Assembly (NCBI GenBank): GCA_002472565.1
Contig: DKSK01000012.1
Location: 7,579-71,578 of the forward strand
Direction: 5' to 3'
Origin: Bacteroidales bacterium UBA7258
GTDB lineage: Bacteria; Bacteroidota; Bacteroidia; Bacteroidales; UBA932
DNA length: 64,000 nucleotides
Made by a program: the position numbers and the translations under genes. The notes under the pieces were generated by a model that was not told the origin of the DNA, did no database searches, and was given only the letters and a program-made list of their open reading frames with translations. This document shows positions 49,110-59,800 of this stretch, piece after piece; position 1 is the stretch's first letter; each line of letters starts with the position of its first letter.

Positions 49110-51230
49110 ATGGCAGCTAAGAGAGACCTTAAGTACACAAGAAACATCGGTATCATCGCCCACATTGATGCCGGAAAGACCACAACGTCCGAGCGTATCC
49201 TTTACTATACTGGAAAGATCCACAAGATCGGCGAGGTACACGAAGGAGCCGCGACCATGGACTGGATGGTTCAGGAGCAGGAGAGGGGTATCACCATCAC
49301 TTCTGCCGCCACCACCGCTTTCTGGCATTACAACGGTAATGTCTACCAGATCAACCTCATCGACACTCCGGGCCACGTTGACTTTACTGTTGAGGTGGAG
49401 CGTTCCCTCCGTGTCCTCGACGGTTGCGTAGCCACTTTCGATGCCGTTGGACGAGTACAGCCTCAGTCCGAGACCGTATGGCGTCAGGCCGACAAGTTCG
49501 GCGTTCCGAAGATTGCCTATGTAAACAAGATGGACCGCGTCGGCGCTGATTTCCTCGCCTGCGTGAAGGACATCAAGGAAAAGCTCGGCGCCACCGCTGT
49601 CCCTATTTCTCTGCCGATCGGCGCGGAGGATAAGTTCATCGGAATCGTTGACCTCATCGACCGCAAGGCCCTTGAGTATGATGCCGACAACACTGAGGTA
49701 ATCAATTACCATGAGATTCCTATCCCTGAGAATATGAAGGGAGAGGTTGAGCTTTGGAGAGACAAGCTCGTAGAGTCTGCCGCCGAATGCGACGACGCCC
49801 TCATGGAAAAATATTTCGAAGATCCTGATTCTATCAGCAAGGACGAGATCATCGCAGCCCTCCGCAAGGGTACTATCGAGATGAAGATCGTTCCTGCCAC
49901 CTGCGGTTCTTCCTATAAGGACAAGGGCGTCCAGTTCCTTCTCGACGCCATCGCCCGCTACCTTCCTTCCCCTCTCGACAAGGGTTCTGTCAAGGGTCAC
50001 AACCCTCAGACAGGAGTTGAAGAGGATCTCCTTCCTGATGCGAGCCAGCCTTTCTGCGGTCTTGTATTCAAAATCGCTACCGATCCTTTTGTCGGCCGTC
50101 TCGCCTATATCAGGGCTTATTCCGGAAAGCTTGATGCCGGCACTTATGTCCTCAATTCCCGTACAGGCAAGAAGGAGCGTGTAGCCAGGCTTTATCAGAT
50201 GCACTCCAACCACCAGAATCCTATCGATTTCGTGGAGGCGGGAGACATCTGCGCGGCAGTCGGATTCAAGGAGCTCCGCACCGGTGATACCATCTGCGCC
50301 GAGAACTATCCTATCTCCCTTGAGGCCATGGAGTTCCCTGCACCGGTTATCGGAATCGCCATCGAGCCTAAGACCCAGGGTGACCTTGAGAAACTCGGAG
50401 TCGCTCTCGGCAAACTCGCCGAAGAGGATCCTACTTTCACCGTGAAGTCAGATCATGAGACCGGCCAGACCGTTATCAGCGGAATGGGCGAGCTTCATCT
50501 TGACATCATCGTTGACCGTCTGCGCCGCGAGTTCGGCGTTGACATCAACCAGGGTGCTCCTCAGGTCAACTACAAGGAGGCTATTACCACCACGGTTCAG
50601 CATCGCGAGCTCTTCAAGAAGCAGACTGGCGGTCGTGGTAAGTATGCCGACATCGTCGTCAATATCGGTCCTGCCGATGAAGGCGTTACCGGGCTTCAGT
50701 TCATCAACTCCGTCAAGGGAGGAAATGTTCCTAAGGAATTTATTCCTTGCGTCCAGAAAGGCTTCGAGGCCGCCATGGCCAATGGAGTTCTCGCCGGATA
50801 TGAAGTACAGTCCCTTAAGGTTGAGCTTCTCGATGGTTCCTACCATCCGGTAGACTCCGACCAGCTCTCCTTCGAACTCGCGGCCCGTTACGCTTTCCGT
50901 CATGCCTGCCCTAAGGCCCATCCGGTAATTCTCGAGCCTATCATGGCGCTTGAAGTAGTTACTCCGGAAGAGTACATGGGAGACATCGTAGGTGACCTCA
51001 ATCGTCGCCGCGGACAGATCAACGCCATGGATTCCACTCCTAACGGAGCGAGGATCATCAAGGCTTACGTTCCTCTTTCTGAGCAGTTCGGCTATGTTAC
51101 GGTCCTCAGGACCCTTTCTTCCGGACGTGCAACCAGCACCATGATCTTCGACCACTACGCCGAGGTTCCTGCTACACTGGCCAAGGATATCATCGAGAAG
51201 AGCGGTTACAAGCCTGCTGACGATGAATAA
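49110..51230 (+). CDS. fusA: Elongation factor G (canonical)
   Basis: [27 protein letters not shown] and KKQTGGRG; located in the str operon. Confidence 0.98.
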   Translation: MAAKRDLKYTRNIGIIAHIDAGKTTTSERILYYTGKIHKIGEVHEGAATMDWMVQEQERGITITSAATTAFWHYNGNVYQINLIDTPGHVDFTVEVERSLRVLDGCVATFDAVGRVQPQSETVWRQADKFGVPKIAYVNKMDRVGADFLACVKDIKEKLGATAVPISLPIGAEDKFIGIVDLIDRKALEYDADNTEVINYHEIPIPENMKGEVELWRDKLVESAAECDDALMEKYFEDPDSISKDEIIAALRKGTIEMKIVPATCGSSYKDKGVQFLLDAIARYLPSPLDKGSVKGHNPQTGVEEDLLPDASQPFCGLVFKIATDPFVGRLAYIRAYSGKLDAGTYVLNSRTGKKERVARLYQMHSNHQNPIDFVEAGDICAAVGFKELRTGDTICAENYPISLEAMEFPAPVIGIAIEPKTQGDLEKLGVALGKLAEEDPTFTVKSDHETGQTVISGMGELHLDIIVDRLRREFGVDINQGAPQVNYKEAITTTVQHRELFKKQTGGRGKYADIVVNIGPADEGVTGLQFINSVKGGNVPKEFIPCVQKGFEAAMANGVLAGYEVQSLKVELLDGSYHPVDSDQLSFELAARYAFRHACPKAHPVILEPIMALEVVTPEEYMGDIVGDLNRRRGQINAMDSTPNGARIIKAYVPLSEQFGYVTVLRTLSSGRATSTMIFDHYAEVPATLAKDIIEKSGYKPADDE

Positions 51231-51263
51231 TCTTAATTAACCGAAAAAAAAGAATTGACAGAT

Positions 51264-51572
51264 ATGGGTCAGAAAATCAGAATAAAGCTGAAGTCTTTTG
51301 ATCATATGCTCCTTGACAAGTCGGCAAAGAAGATCGCCGACACGGTATCCACGACGGGCGCTAAGGTTTACGGTCCTATTCCGCTTCCTACCAGCACCAA
51401 GATCTTTACCGTGAACCGTTCGACCTTCATCAACAAGAAGTCCCGCGAGCAGTTCGAACTCAACTCCTACTGCAGGCTTCTTGACATCGATGACTCCAAC
51501 GCCAAGACCGTTGAGTCCCTGATGAAGCTTGAGCTTCCTTCAGGCGTTGAGGTTGCGATCAAGGTTCTCTAA
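51264..51572 (+). CDS. rpsJ: 30S ribosomal protein S10
   Basis: [32 protein letters not shown] and LPSGVEV. Confidence 0.97.
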   Translation: MGQKIRIKLKSFDHMLLDKSAKKIADTVSTTGAKVYGPIPLPTSTKIFTVNRSTFINKKSREQFELNSYCRLLDIDDSNAKTVESLMKLELPSGVEVAIKVL

Positions 51573-51635
51573 AGACAGTCTCCGGCGGTAATTACCGTCG
51601 ACATCCCCCGGCGGGATTCTTTCCCGTCCGGTTTT

Positions 51636-51710
51636 GGTCCCGTAGCTCAGTTGGTTAGAGCAACTGACTCATAATCAGTGGGTCGCAGGTTCAAGTCTCT
51701 GCCGGGACCA
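51636..51710 (+). tRNA. tRNA with CAT anticodon, most likely tRNA-Ile2 (lysidine)
   Basis: Acceptor GGTCCCG/CGGGACC with C4-G69 and C5-G68, discriminator A, anticodon arm ACTGA-CTCATAA-TCAGT; the T arm carries one extra base. Confidence 0.85.
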
Positions 51711-51740
51711 CTCAATACCGCCTAAACGCGGACTTCCCAG

Positions 51741-51766
51741 AGGGTGACCTTCCGTCACCCTTTTTT
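51741..51766 (+). terminator. Intrinsic terminator closing the str-rpsJ-tRNA unit
   Basis: AGGGTGAC-CTTCC-GTCACCCT followed by a T run. Confidence 0.88.
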
Positions 51767-51951
51767 GCTATTCCGCCTGCTGTATGTTTTGGAATTGCAG
51801 GTGCCGCAGTGCTGTTCTGAATGCTATCCGTGGAATCCCGGCGCGAGAGAGGATCGGGAAATTATTTTCCATGTATTAGAAAGTCTAGTGAATTCATTCT
51901 ATGGATGGTCTCTGCAAGGGAATTAATCATAATATTATTCTGCCATTAAAT

Positions 51952-51982
51952 TTTGTAAGCACGTTGTAATCTCTTATTTTTG
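51952..51982 (+). promoter_or_regulatory. Promoter of metX-thrA-asd
   Basis: TTTG (51952-51955), a 19-nt spacer, then TATTTTTG (51975-51982). Confidence 0.7.
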
Positions 51983-52031
51983 TATAGATGCCTAACCGGC
52001 TCTTTGCGCTTGCATACTTATTTTGCCGATA

Positions 52032-53060
52032 ATGGAAAAACACATACTTGAATACGAAAAACCTTTCGAATTTGAGGCCGGCGGGGTGCTGGACAAGATA
52101 CAAATCGCCTATCACACCCCTGACGGCCGCGAAAGACCGCGGGAAGGAGAAAAAGTCATTTGGATCTGTCACGCTCTTACGGCCGACTCGGACCCTCAAG
52201 ACTGGTGGCCGGAACTTGTCGGCCCAGGAAAATTCTTCGATACTGACCGCTATTTCATAGCTTGTGTCAACATGCTGGGCTCATGTTATGGAACCTCAGG
52301 ACCATCCAGCCTTAACCCTAAGACAGGGCGCCCATATTTCTTTGATTTTCCGAAGGTTACGGTAAGAGATATCGCAAGGACAATCAATATCGTCCGTGAG
52401 CATCTGGGCATTTCCAAGATAGATTTCATCGTCGGCTCCAGTATCGGAGGTTTTCAGGCTCTGGAACTTTGCATCATGTACCCGGACCTTATCAGAAACG
52501 CCGCTTTCATCGCCACGCTGGGCCGCGTAACGCCTTGGCTTACAGGCTTCGAAGAGAGCCAGCGCATGGCTCTTGAGGCGGATCCTACTTTCAGAGAGTG
52601 CAAGGATCTTGACGGAGGAAAGGCCGGAATGAAATGTGCCAGGACGATAGCGCTTCTGAGCTACCGCTGCGAAGACGGTTACAACCGAAAGCAGGCCGAG
52701 CAGAGTGATGATACCATTTTCGCCGACAGGGCGGCTTCTTACCAGAGATATCAGGGTGAGAAATTCGCCAAGCGTTTTGACGCGTATTCATATTACAGTC
52801 TTTCATATAGCGTCGATTCCGACAATGTGGGAAGAGGCCGCGGAGGACTGGCCAGGGCTTACGGAATGATCAGCTGCCCAAGCAAGGTTGTCGCCATAGA
52901 TTCTGATCTGATTTTCCCTCCGTATGAGATGGAGCAGATGGCGAAGATGATTCCGGAAGCCGGATATTCGGTCATAACTTCGCATTATGGCCATGACGGT
53001 TTTCTGCTGGAGAATGAGCAGATTATGAAGGAGCTTGCCCCGATATTGGAAAGTCTCTGA
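52032..53060 (+). CDS. metX: Homoserine O-acetyltransferase
   Basis: ICHALTAD, GSCYGTSGP, nucleophile elbow GSSIGG, DSDLIFP and YGHDGFLLE. Confidence 0.93.
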   Translation: MEKHILEYEKPFEFEAGGVLDKIQIAYHTPDGRERPREGEKVIWICHALTADSDPQDWWPELVGPGKFFDTDRYFIACVNMLGSCYGTSGPSSLNPKTGRPYFFDFPKVTVRDIARTINIVREHLGISKIDFIVGSSIGGFQALELCIMYPDLIRNAAFIATLGRVTPWLTGFEESQRMALEADPTFRECKDLDGGKAGMKCARTIALLSYRCEDGYNRKQAEQSDDTIFADRAASYQRYQGEKFAKRFDAYSYYSLSYSVDSDNVGRGRGGLARAYGMISCPSKVVAIDSDLIFPPYEMEQMAKMIPEAGYSVITSHYGHDGFLLENEQIMKELAPILESL

Positions 53061-53238
53061 GCCAGGTTGTGGGCAGGATGGGATAAGGCAGGAGAGGTGG
53101 TGGAAGAAAAGTGCGGAGGAGATGAGGAAGGCGGAATGGGATAGGAAGTGAGAGAGATGAGGGGAAGGTTGAAATTGAAAGGAAGCTGTGGAGACGAAGG
53201 GAAGGAAATGAATATGGTAATAGAAGAGGATTCAGATA

Positions 53239-55686
53239 ATGCAGGTACTTAAATTCGGCGGGACATCAGTCGCCAGCGCCGAGAGCATGACGCAATGCTG
53301 CGACATAATAAAGAAGGCGGTTGAGAAAGACAGGACGATTGTAATCGCTTCTGCTATAAGTAAATGCACTGACACGCTCATCAAGATAGGACGCCTTGCG
53401 GCCCAGAAGGATGAGACGTACAAGAATCTCATCGATTCTCTCCAGGAAAGACATCATGAAATCATAAGGCGGCTTCTTCCTCAGGAAAAGCAGGAAGAGT
53501 CGCTTCAGACCCTTGACGGGACCTTCGATTACCTCAAAGGCATCGCACAGGGAGTCTGTCTCCTCGGCGAGCTAAGCGCTACCAGCCTCGACGCTATCCA
53601 GGGCTGCGGAGAATTGCTCTCTACAAGGATCCTCGCCACGAAATTGGCCACCATGGGGATACCTACCAAATGGATTGACTCAAGGACGATAATCCTTACA
53701 CACAGCGACAGAGGCCATGTCATCGTAGACATGAATCAGACATATGCGAATGTCCAGGCCATGCTTGACTCTTATCCGAACAAGCAGCTTTTTGTGGTTC
53801 CTGGTTTCATTGCCTCTGATGACAAGGGGAGGATGACGACTTTGGGACGCGGCGGCTCCGATTATTCGGCTTCCCTTTATGCAGTAGGCTCCCATGCCAG
53901 GGCTCTCGAGACGTGGAAGGATGTGCCAGGCATGATGACTGCCAATCCGAAGATCGTGCCTTCGGCTATGCCGATCCACCATATCTCTTACCGCGCCGCC
54001 CTCGAACTCTCACATTTCGGGGCCAAGGTGATCTACCCACCTACGATTCAGCCTGTCGTGGCGGAGAGGATCCCGATCTATGTCAAATGTACTTTCGACC
54101 CTTCGGCCGAGGGTACCGTAATTGAGCAGGATCCGCCTCTGTCAAGGAATAATCTCATAGGAATCTCCAATTCCGACAACATCGCCCTCCTCTCTCTTGA
54201 AGGGAGCGGCATGGTTGGGGTTCCGGGCTTCTCTTCGAGGCTTTTCCAGACCCTCGCCGAGAATGATATCAGCATCATCCTCATCACCCAGGCCTCTTCG
54301 GTCAATACCATGTGCGTCGCCGTCTCGGAGAAAGACGCGGCGAAGGCCAAGGCGGCCACCGACCGCTGCTTCGCCTACGAGATTTCGCTCGGCAAACTCA
54401 ATCCGCTGAAGGTGGAGACGGGCTATTCCATCATCTGCCTCGTAGGAAATGACCTTTTCACCCAGAGGGGGGCCACCGGAAGGATGCTTGATGCCCTCGG
54501 GAGGAGAGGAATAGGGGTCCGCGCCGTTGCCCAGGGCTCATCGGAAAGGAATATCAGCGTCATTGTCCGCTCTGAAGATGTCGGTCCGGCGACGCGCTAT
54601 ATCCATAGCGAATTTTTCGAGCGCTCTTCCTTCAGAGAGGTCAATCTCTTCATTGCCGGATATGGCAATGTCGGAAAGGCCTTCATCTCAATACTTGCGG
54701 CTAACAGGGACCGGATCGCAGCCCGCACCGGAATCCGCCTCCACCTTGCCGGAATTTCCAATTCGAAAAAATATCTCATTGATTCCGAGGGAATTGACCC
54801 CGCGCAGGCCGGTGTTCTGCTGGAGGGAGGGAGTCCCGCCTTGGATGACGCCTACTTCGATGCCCTGCTCAACATCTCGCTCCAGAACCGCATCTTCGTG
54901 GACATGACGGCTTCAGCCGACATAGGAGCGAAATACAAGAGCCTTATGTCTCACGGCTATTCCATAGTATCCTGCAACAAGATACCTTTCGCGGTGCCTT
55001 ATCCGGACTATGAGGAGCTTTGCAAGGCGGCGGCAGCCTCCGGGGTCAGCCTCCGCCATGAGACCACCGTGGGCGCCGCCCTGCCGATTCTCGAAAGTAT
55101 CTCACGTTCAGTCAACAGCGGAGACAAGATTCTCAGAATCGAGGCCGTGCTTTCCGGCACCCTCAATTACATACTCTCGACCTATGATGGCACGAAGCCT
55201 TTCGCCGAGATTGTCCGCCAGGCCCAGGAAGCGGGTTATTCCGAACCTGACCCGCGCAAGGATCTGAGCGGGAAAGATGTGCTCCGCAAACTCCTCATAA
55301 TGGGACGAGAGGCCGGAATTCCGCTTGAGGAAGGAGATGTGGAGATAGGTCCGCTCCTCGGAGAAACTTATTTCGAGGGCTCAGTGGAAGATTTTTACGC
55401 AAGACTGGCTGCCGGGGAGGAAGACTTCCGCGGACTTTATGCGAAGGCGGCTTCGGCCGGACTCAGGCTCCGTTTCACCGCCACGCTGGAGAGTGATGGA
55501 GAGAAGTGGAAGGCCGCGATGGGGCTCCGTGAGGTCGGTCCGGACAGTCCGCTCTTCAACCTTTGCGGTACTGACAACGCCGCCATAATAAAGACTGACT
55601 TTTATCCTTCTCCGCTGGTTATCCGCGGAGCGGGAGCAGGTGCGCTCCAGACGGCTTCTGGCATATTGAACGACATCCTGCTTTGA
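53239..55686 (+). CDS. thrA: Bifunctional aspartokinase / homoserine dehydrogenase
   Basis: VLKFGGTSV, TLGRGGSDYSA, two ACT domains, GYGNVG, HETTVGAALP and GYSEPDPR.DLSG. Confidence 0.95.
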   Translation: MQVLKFGGTSVASAESMTQCCDIIKKAVEKDRTIVIASAISKCTDTLIKIGRLAAQKDETYKNLIDSLQERHHEIIRRLLPQEKQEESLQTLDGTFDYLKGIAQGVCLLGELSATSLDAIQGCGELLSTRILATKLATMGIPTKWIDSRTIILTHSDRGHVIVDMNQTYANVQAMLDSYPNKQLFVVPGFIASDDKGRMTTLGRGGSDYSASLYAVGSHARALETWKDVPGMMTANPKIVPSAMPIHHISYRAALELSHFGAKVIYPPTIQPVVAERIPIYVKCTFDPSAEGTVIEQDPPLSRNNLIGISNSDNIALLSLEGSGMVGVPGFSSRLFQTLAENDISIILITQASSVNTMCVAVSEKDAAKAKAATDRCFAYEISLGKLNPLKVETGYSIICLVGNDLFTQRGATGRMLDALGRRGIGVRAVAQGSSERNISVIVRSEDVGPATRYIHSEFFERSSFREVNLFIAGYGNVGKAFISILAANRDRIAARTGIRLHLAGISNSKKYLIDSEGIDPAQAGVLLEGGSPALDDAYFDALLNISLQNRIFVDMTASADIGAKYKSLMSHGYSIVSCNKIPFAVPYPDYEELCKAAAASGVSLRHETTVGAALPILESISRSVNSGDKILRIEAVLSGTLNYILSTYDGTKPFAEIVRQAQEAGYSEPDPRKDLSGKDVLRKLLIMGREAGIPLEEGDVEIGPLLGETYFEGSVEDFYARLAAGEEDFRGLYAKAASAGLRLRFTATLESDGEKWKAAMGLREVGPDSPLFNLCGTDNAAIIKTDFYPSPLVIRGAGAGALQTASGILNDILL

Positions 55687-55805
55687 GGCAGGCGCTCCTG
55701 GCCATGGAGGCGGCCCCGGCGTTCATGGTACTGGACAGGGGCGGGGAGACGCTTGGCGGGAGGAGGCAACGGACGGAGCTATTGAAGATTTAAATATTTG
55801 ATATA

Positions 55806-56816
55806 ATGAAAGTTGCAGTAGTTGGTGCCACCGGATTGGTAGGCACCCGCATGATGGAAGTACTCGCTGAAAGACACTTTCCTGTGACGGAATTTCTTCC
55901 GGTCGCATCCGAGCGTTCCGCCGGAAGAAAGGTGGTTTTCAACGGAAAAGAATACATTGTGATCGGGGCTCAGGAAGCCATAGCCGCCAAGCCTGATCTC
56001 GCCATATTTTCCGCCGGAGCGGGTCCTTCCAGAGAACTCGCACCGCAATTCGCGGCGGCGGGATGCCGCGTCGTGGATAATTCCTCATGCTGGAGGATGG
56101 ACCCCGGCAAGAAGTTGGTTGTGCCTGAGATAAATGCCGACGTGCTGACCGCGGAAGACTGGATCATAGCCAATCCGAACTGCTCCACGATTCAGATGAT
56201 CCTTCCCCTCGCGCCTCTCCACAAACGCTTCAAAATTACGAGGATAGTGGTCTCTACTTACCAGTCAGTCACCGGAGCAGGCAACAAGAGCGTAGCCCAG
56301 ATGATGGCCGAAAGAGAGGGTAAGGTGTGGGGAGAATACCCGGCCTATTACCATTATCCTATAGATCTCAACATCATTCCTCAGATCGATGACTTCACAG
56401 AAAACGGCTACACCAAGGAGGAGATGAAGATGGTCAACGAACCTCATAAGATTCTCGGAGACTACAGCATCCGCATTTCCGCCACCACCGCCCGAGTTCC
56501 TGTTGTCGGAGGCCATTCGGAATCCATCAACGTGGAATTCGAAAAGCCTTTCGAGCTTTCGGAGATACGCTCCATCTGGGAGAATACCCCGGGGGTGACG
56601 GTTCAGGATGATCCTTCAAAATTCGTTTATCCTATGCCGCGTTTCGCTCTCGGTCATGACGACGTCTTCGTAGGCCGCCTGCGCCGTGATTTCAGCGTTG
56701 AGAACGGAATTAATTTCTGGGATGTAAGCGACAATATCCGCAAAGGAGCCGCGACCAACGCCATCCAGATAGCCGAGGTCTTGCTCAGGAAAGGTTTTCT
56801 GTCAAACAACTACTAA
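55806..56816 (+). CDS. asd: Aspartate-semialdehyde dehydrogenase
   Basis: VVGATGLVG, NPNCSTIQ, STYQSVTGAG and DNIRKGAATNAIQIAE. Confidence 0.97.
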   Translation: MKVAVVGATGLVGTRMMEVLAERHFPVTEFLPVASERSAGRKVVFNGKEYIVIGAQEAIAAKPDLAIFSAGAGPSRELAPQFAAAGCRVVDNSSCWRMDPGKKLVVPEINADVLTAEDWIIANPNCSTIQMILPLAPLHKRFKITRIVVSTYQSVTGAGNKSVAQMMAEREGKVWGEYPAYYHYPIDLNIIPQIDDFTENGYTKEEMKMVNEPHKILGDYSIRISATTARVPVVGGHSESINVEFEKPFELSEIRSIWENTPGVTVQDDPSKFVYPMPRFALGHDDVFVGRLRRDFSVENGINFWDVSDNIRKGAATNAIQIAEVLLRKGFLSNNY

Positions 56817-56828
56817 TAGTCAAAAATC

Positions 56829-59800
56829 ATGATGAAAAAGCTACTCTTGGTCTGCGCCGTCTTAGGGGCGGTTTCGGCCTCTTTCATGGCTGATGCGCAG
56901 ACTGCCGGTTCTGAAGCCCGGCTTCTCAGATTTCCGGCCACTAATGGCACTGACGTGGTCTTCTCTTATGCAGGAGATCTTTTCACCGCTCCTCTATCCG
57001 GAGGAGAGGCGAAGAGGCTTACTTCCCATGTGGGCTATGAGATGTTTGCGCGTTATTCTCCTGACGGGAAGACGATCGCCTTCACCGGAGAATATGACGG
57101 GAACAGAGAGGTTTATCTCATCCCCGCAAAAGGAGGCGAGCCTGTGAGGCTGACCTACACCGCCACGAACTCCCGTGACGATCTCGGAGACAGGATGGGG
57201 CCGAACAACATCGTGATGGGTTGGACTCCTGACGGAAAATATGTAATCTACAGGAACCGGACAGGCGACGGCTTTGAAGGCAAACTCTGGAAGGTACCGG
57301 CGGGGGGCGGCATGCCCCAGATGATTCCTCTTCCGGAAGGAGGCTTCTGCAGCTATTCTCCTGACGGAAAGACTCTTGCCTATAACAGGGTCATGAGGGA
57401 GTTCAGGACTTGGAAATACTACCGCGGTGGAATGGCGGATGAAATATGGCTCTATGACGGCAAGAAGGTCACTAAGGTGACAGATAATCCGGCCCAGGAC
57501 ATCTTCCCGATGTGGGTTGGAAATGAGATTTATTTCGCCTCCGACAGGGACATGACCATGAATATCTTTGTCTATGACATCAAGACCAAGGAGACGAAGA
57601 AGGTTACCGACTTCACTGACTATGATGTCAAGTTTCCGAGCACCAACGGGAAGATAGTGGTCTTCGAAAAGGGCGGCTTCCTCTACAAGCTGGACCCTGC
57701 CACAAAGAAGGCCGAGCAGATTCATATCACCCTGACTTCCGACCTCGTCTACGGAAGAGCCGAGAGGATGAACGTCGGCAGGAAAGGCCGCAACAGCTAC
57801 AGCCTTTCTCCTGACGGGAAGAGGCTTGCGGTGACTGCCAGAGGCGAACTCTTCGATGTGCCTGTGGGAAGCGGAATCACGAGGAATATCACCAAGACCC
57901 CTGGTTCCAACGACCGTGGCGCCGACTGGAGCCCGAACGGAAAATATATCGCCTTCATCGGCGACGGGAGTGGCGAGACAGAGGTCTATCTTTATGAAGT
58001 AGCCAAGGGCGGAGAGCCTGAGCAGGTGACCAAGGGCAACGACACCTACATCCGTTCTCTCCAGTGGAGCCCGGACAGTAAGCACATCCTCTATACAGAC
58101 AGGAAGAACCGCGTCGTCGAGGTAGATCCTTTCGCCAAGACCAAGAAGGTCCTCCTCCAGAATCCTGAGCAGGAATTTATGGATGTGGAATATTCTCCTG
58201 ACGGAAAATGGCTCACTTACACCAAGCCGGCAAAGAACCAATTCTCGGTGGTCTATGTCATGAACCTGGCATCAGGCAAGGAATATCCTGTGACAAGTTC
58301 ATGGAGCAGTTCCTCCAGGCCTGTCTTCTCTTCTGACGGCAAATATCTGCTCTATACTTCCGACACCGAACTCCGCCCTACCTACAGCCGTGTGGAATGG
58401 GATTATGCTTATGGCAACATGAGCGCCCTCTACATGACCATTCTTTCCAAGGACACTCCGTCTCCTCTTCTGGCGGGCGACAGCGAGTCTTCGCCTGAAA
58501 GCGAGGCTGACCCAGCTCCGGGCAAGGGCCCTAAGCCGGCTGCTTCCAAGGACGGCGAGGCGGCTCCGGGCAAGGATGGGGCCAAGAGTGTAGATAAGGC
58601 TTCTGCCGCAGAGGTGAAGATTGACTTCGACGGCCTTACCACAAGGGTCGTGAAGCTTCCATTCAGCGGATTCAGCTATTTCTGTGACGGCAAGAAGGTC
58701 TGGTACAGCGCCGGCGGCGGCACTCAGGTCTTTGATTTCAAGACCGGAAAGTCTGAGAAATGCTCAGACTCAAGGCTCAGCTATCGCAATGGTGACAAAT
58801 TCGCTCTTGCTCTTGGCGGAACCTGGAAGGCCGTAAGATTCCCTGCAGACCATGTGGGCGGAGGCGAGACCATAGATCTGGACAACATGTTCACTACTGT
58901 CGACTATTCCCAGGAGTGGCCTGAGATTTTCGACGAGGTCTGGAGAGCCTTCAGAGACGGCTATTACCTCGAGAACATGCATGGACGTGACTGGAACGCC
59001 ATCAAGGAGAAATATGCAGTCTTCCTGCCTTATGTCAAGACCCGTCTTGACCTGAATTATGTCATCGGCGGCATGATCGCCGAACTTGCGAGCGGCCATG
59101 CCTATGTTTCTCCTGGCGACTACCCGAAGCCTGAGCGTATCGACATGGGTCTTCTCGGCGCCCGTCTGAGCAAGGACAAGAGCGGCTATTTCAAGATCGA
59201 CCATATCTACTCCGGCGCGGCATACCGTCCTGAGCTTCGTTCCCCTCTTACAGAAATAGGAATGAATATTTCAGAGGGTGATTATATCACTGCCATCGAC
59301 GGACAGTCGCTCAAGGATGTGGACAACATCTACAAGCTTCTCATCGGCAAGGCCGGAAAGCTCTGCGAACTGACGGTCAACAAGGGAGCTTCCGAGGGCG
59401 GAAGAAAGGTGGTAGTGAAGCCTATCGCCGATGAATATCCTCTGGAGCATTACGAGTGGGTGCAGAACAATATCAAGACGGTTGAGGAGAAGTCCGGCGG
59501 AAAGGTCGGCTACATCTACATCCCTGACATGGGCGCTGAAGGCTTGAACGAGTTTGTCCGTTACTATTATCCTCAGCTAGACAAGGAGGCCCTCATCATT
59601 GACGACCGCGCCAACGGCGGCGGAAATGTCTCTCCTATGATTATCGAAAGGCTGCTCCGCAAGGTCTACAGGATGACGATGAGCAGGACGAGCACCTTGA
59701 CCGGCACAGTTCCTGACGGCACCCAGACGGGTCCTAAGGTTCTGCTGATCAATAAGTACTCGGCTTCTGACGGTGATCTCTTCCCGTGGAGTTTCAAGGC

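Noticed and set aside
49445-49465. [10 protein letters not shown] in fusA where AVGGVxPQSE is usual
   Set aside because: A single substitution with all G motifs intact; no functional claim can be supported without an alignment.
48798-50213. 471-aa antisense ORF over rpsG and fusA (likewise 5165-6310, 8151-9284, 19524-20456, 33920-34891, 38473-39492, 43426-44550, 45990-47093, 56994-58241)
   Set aside because: These lie fully opposite well-supported genes and have no motifs; they are explained by biased codon usage that depletes stops on the opposite strand.
51711-51950. Genomic island integrated at either tRNA
   Set aside because: No integrase, no duplicated tRNA 3' end and no compositional shift on either side.
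51930-52031. Possible SAM-II riboswitch upstream of metX
   Set aside because: Partial look-alike words (TAACC, TTGC, GCACGTT) are present, but the P1 pairing and 3' GCUAAA are absent, and a good promoter occupies part of the region.
53200-53255. Possible thr attenuator leader before thrA
   Set aside because: The short ORF (MVIEEDSDNAGT) has no Thr/Ile run and no terminator follows.
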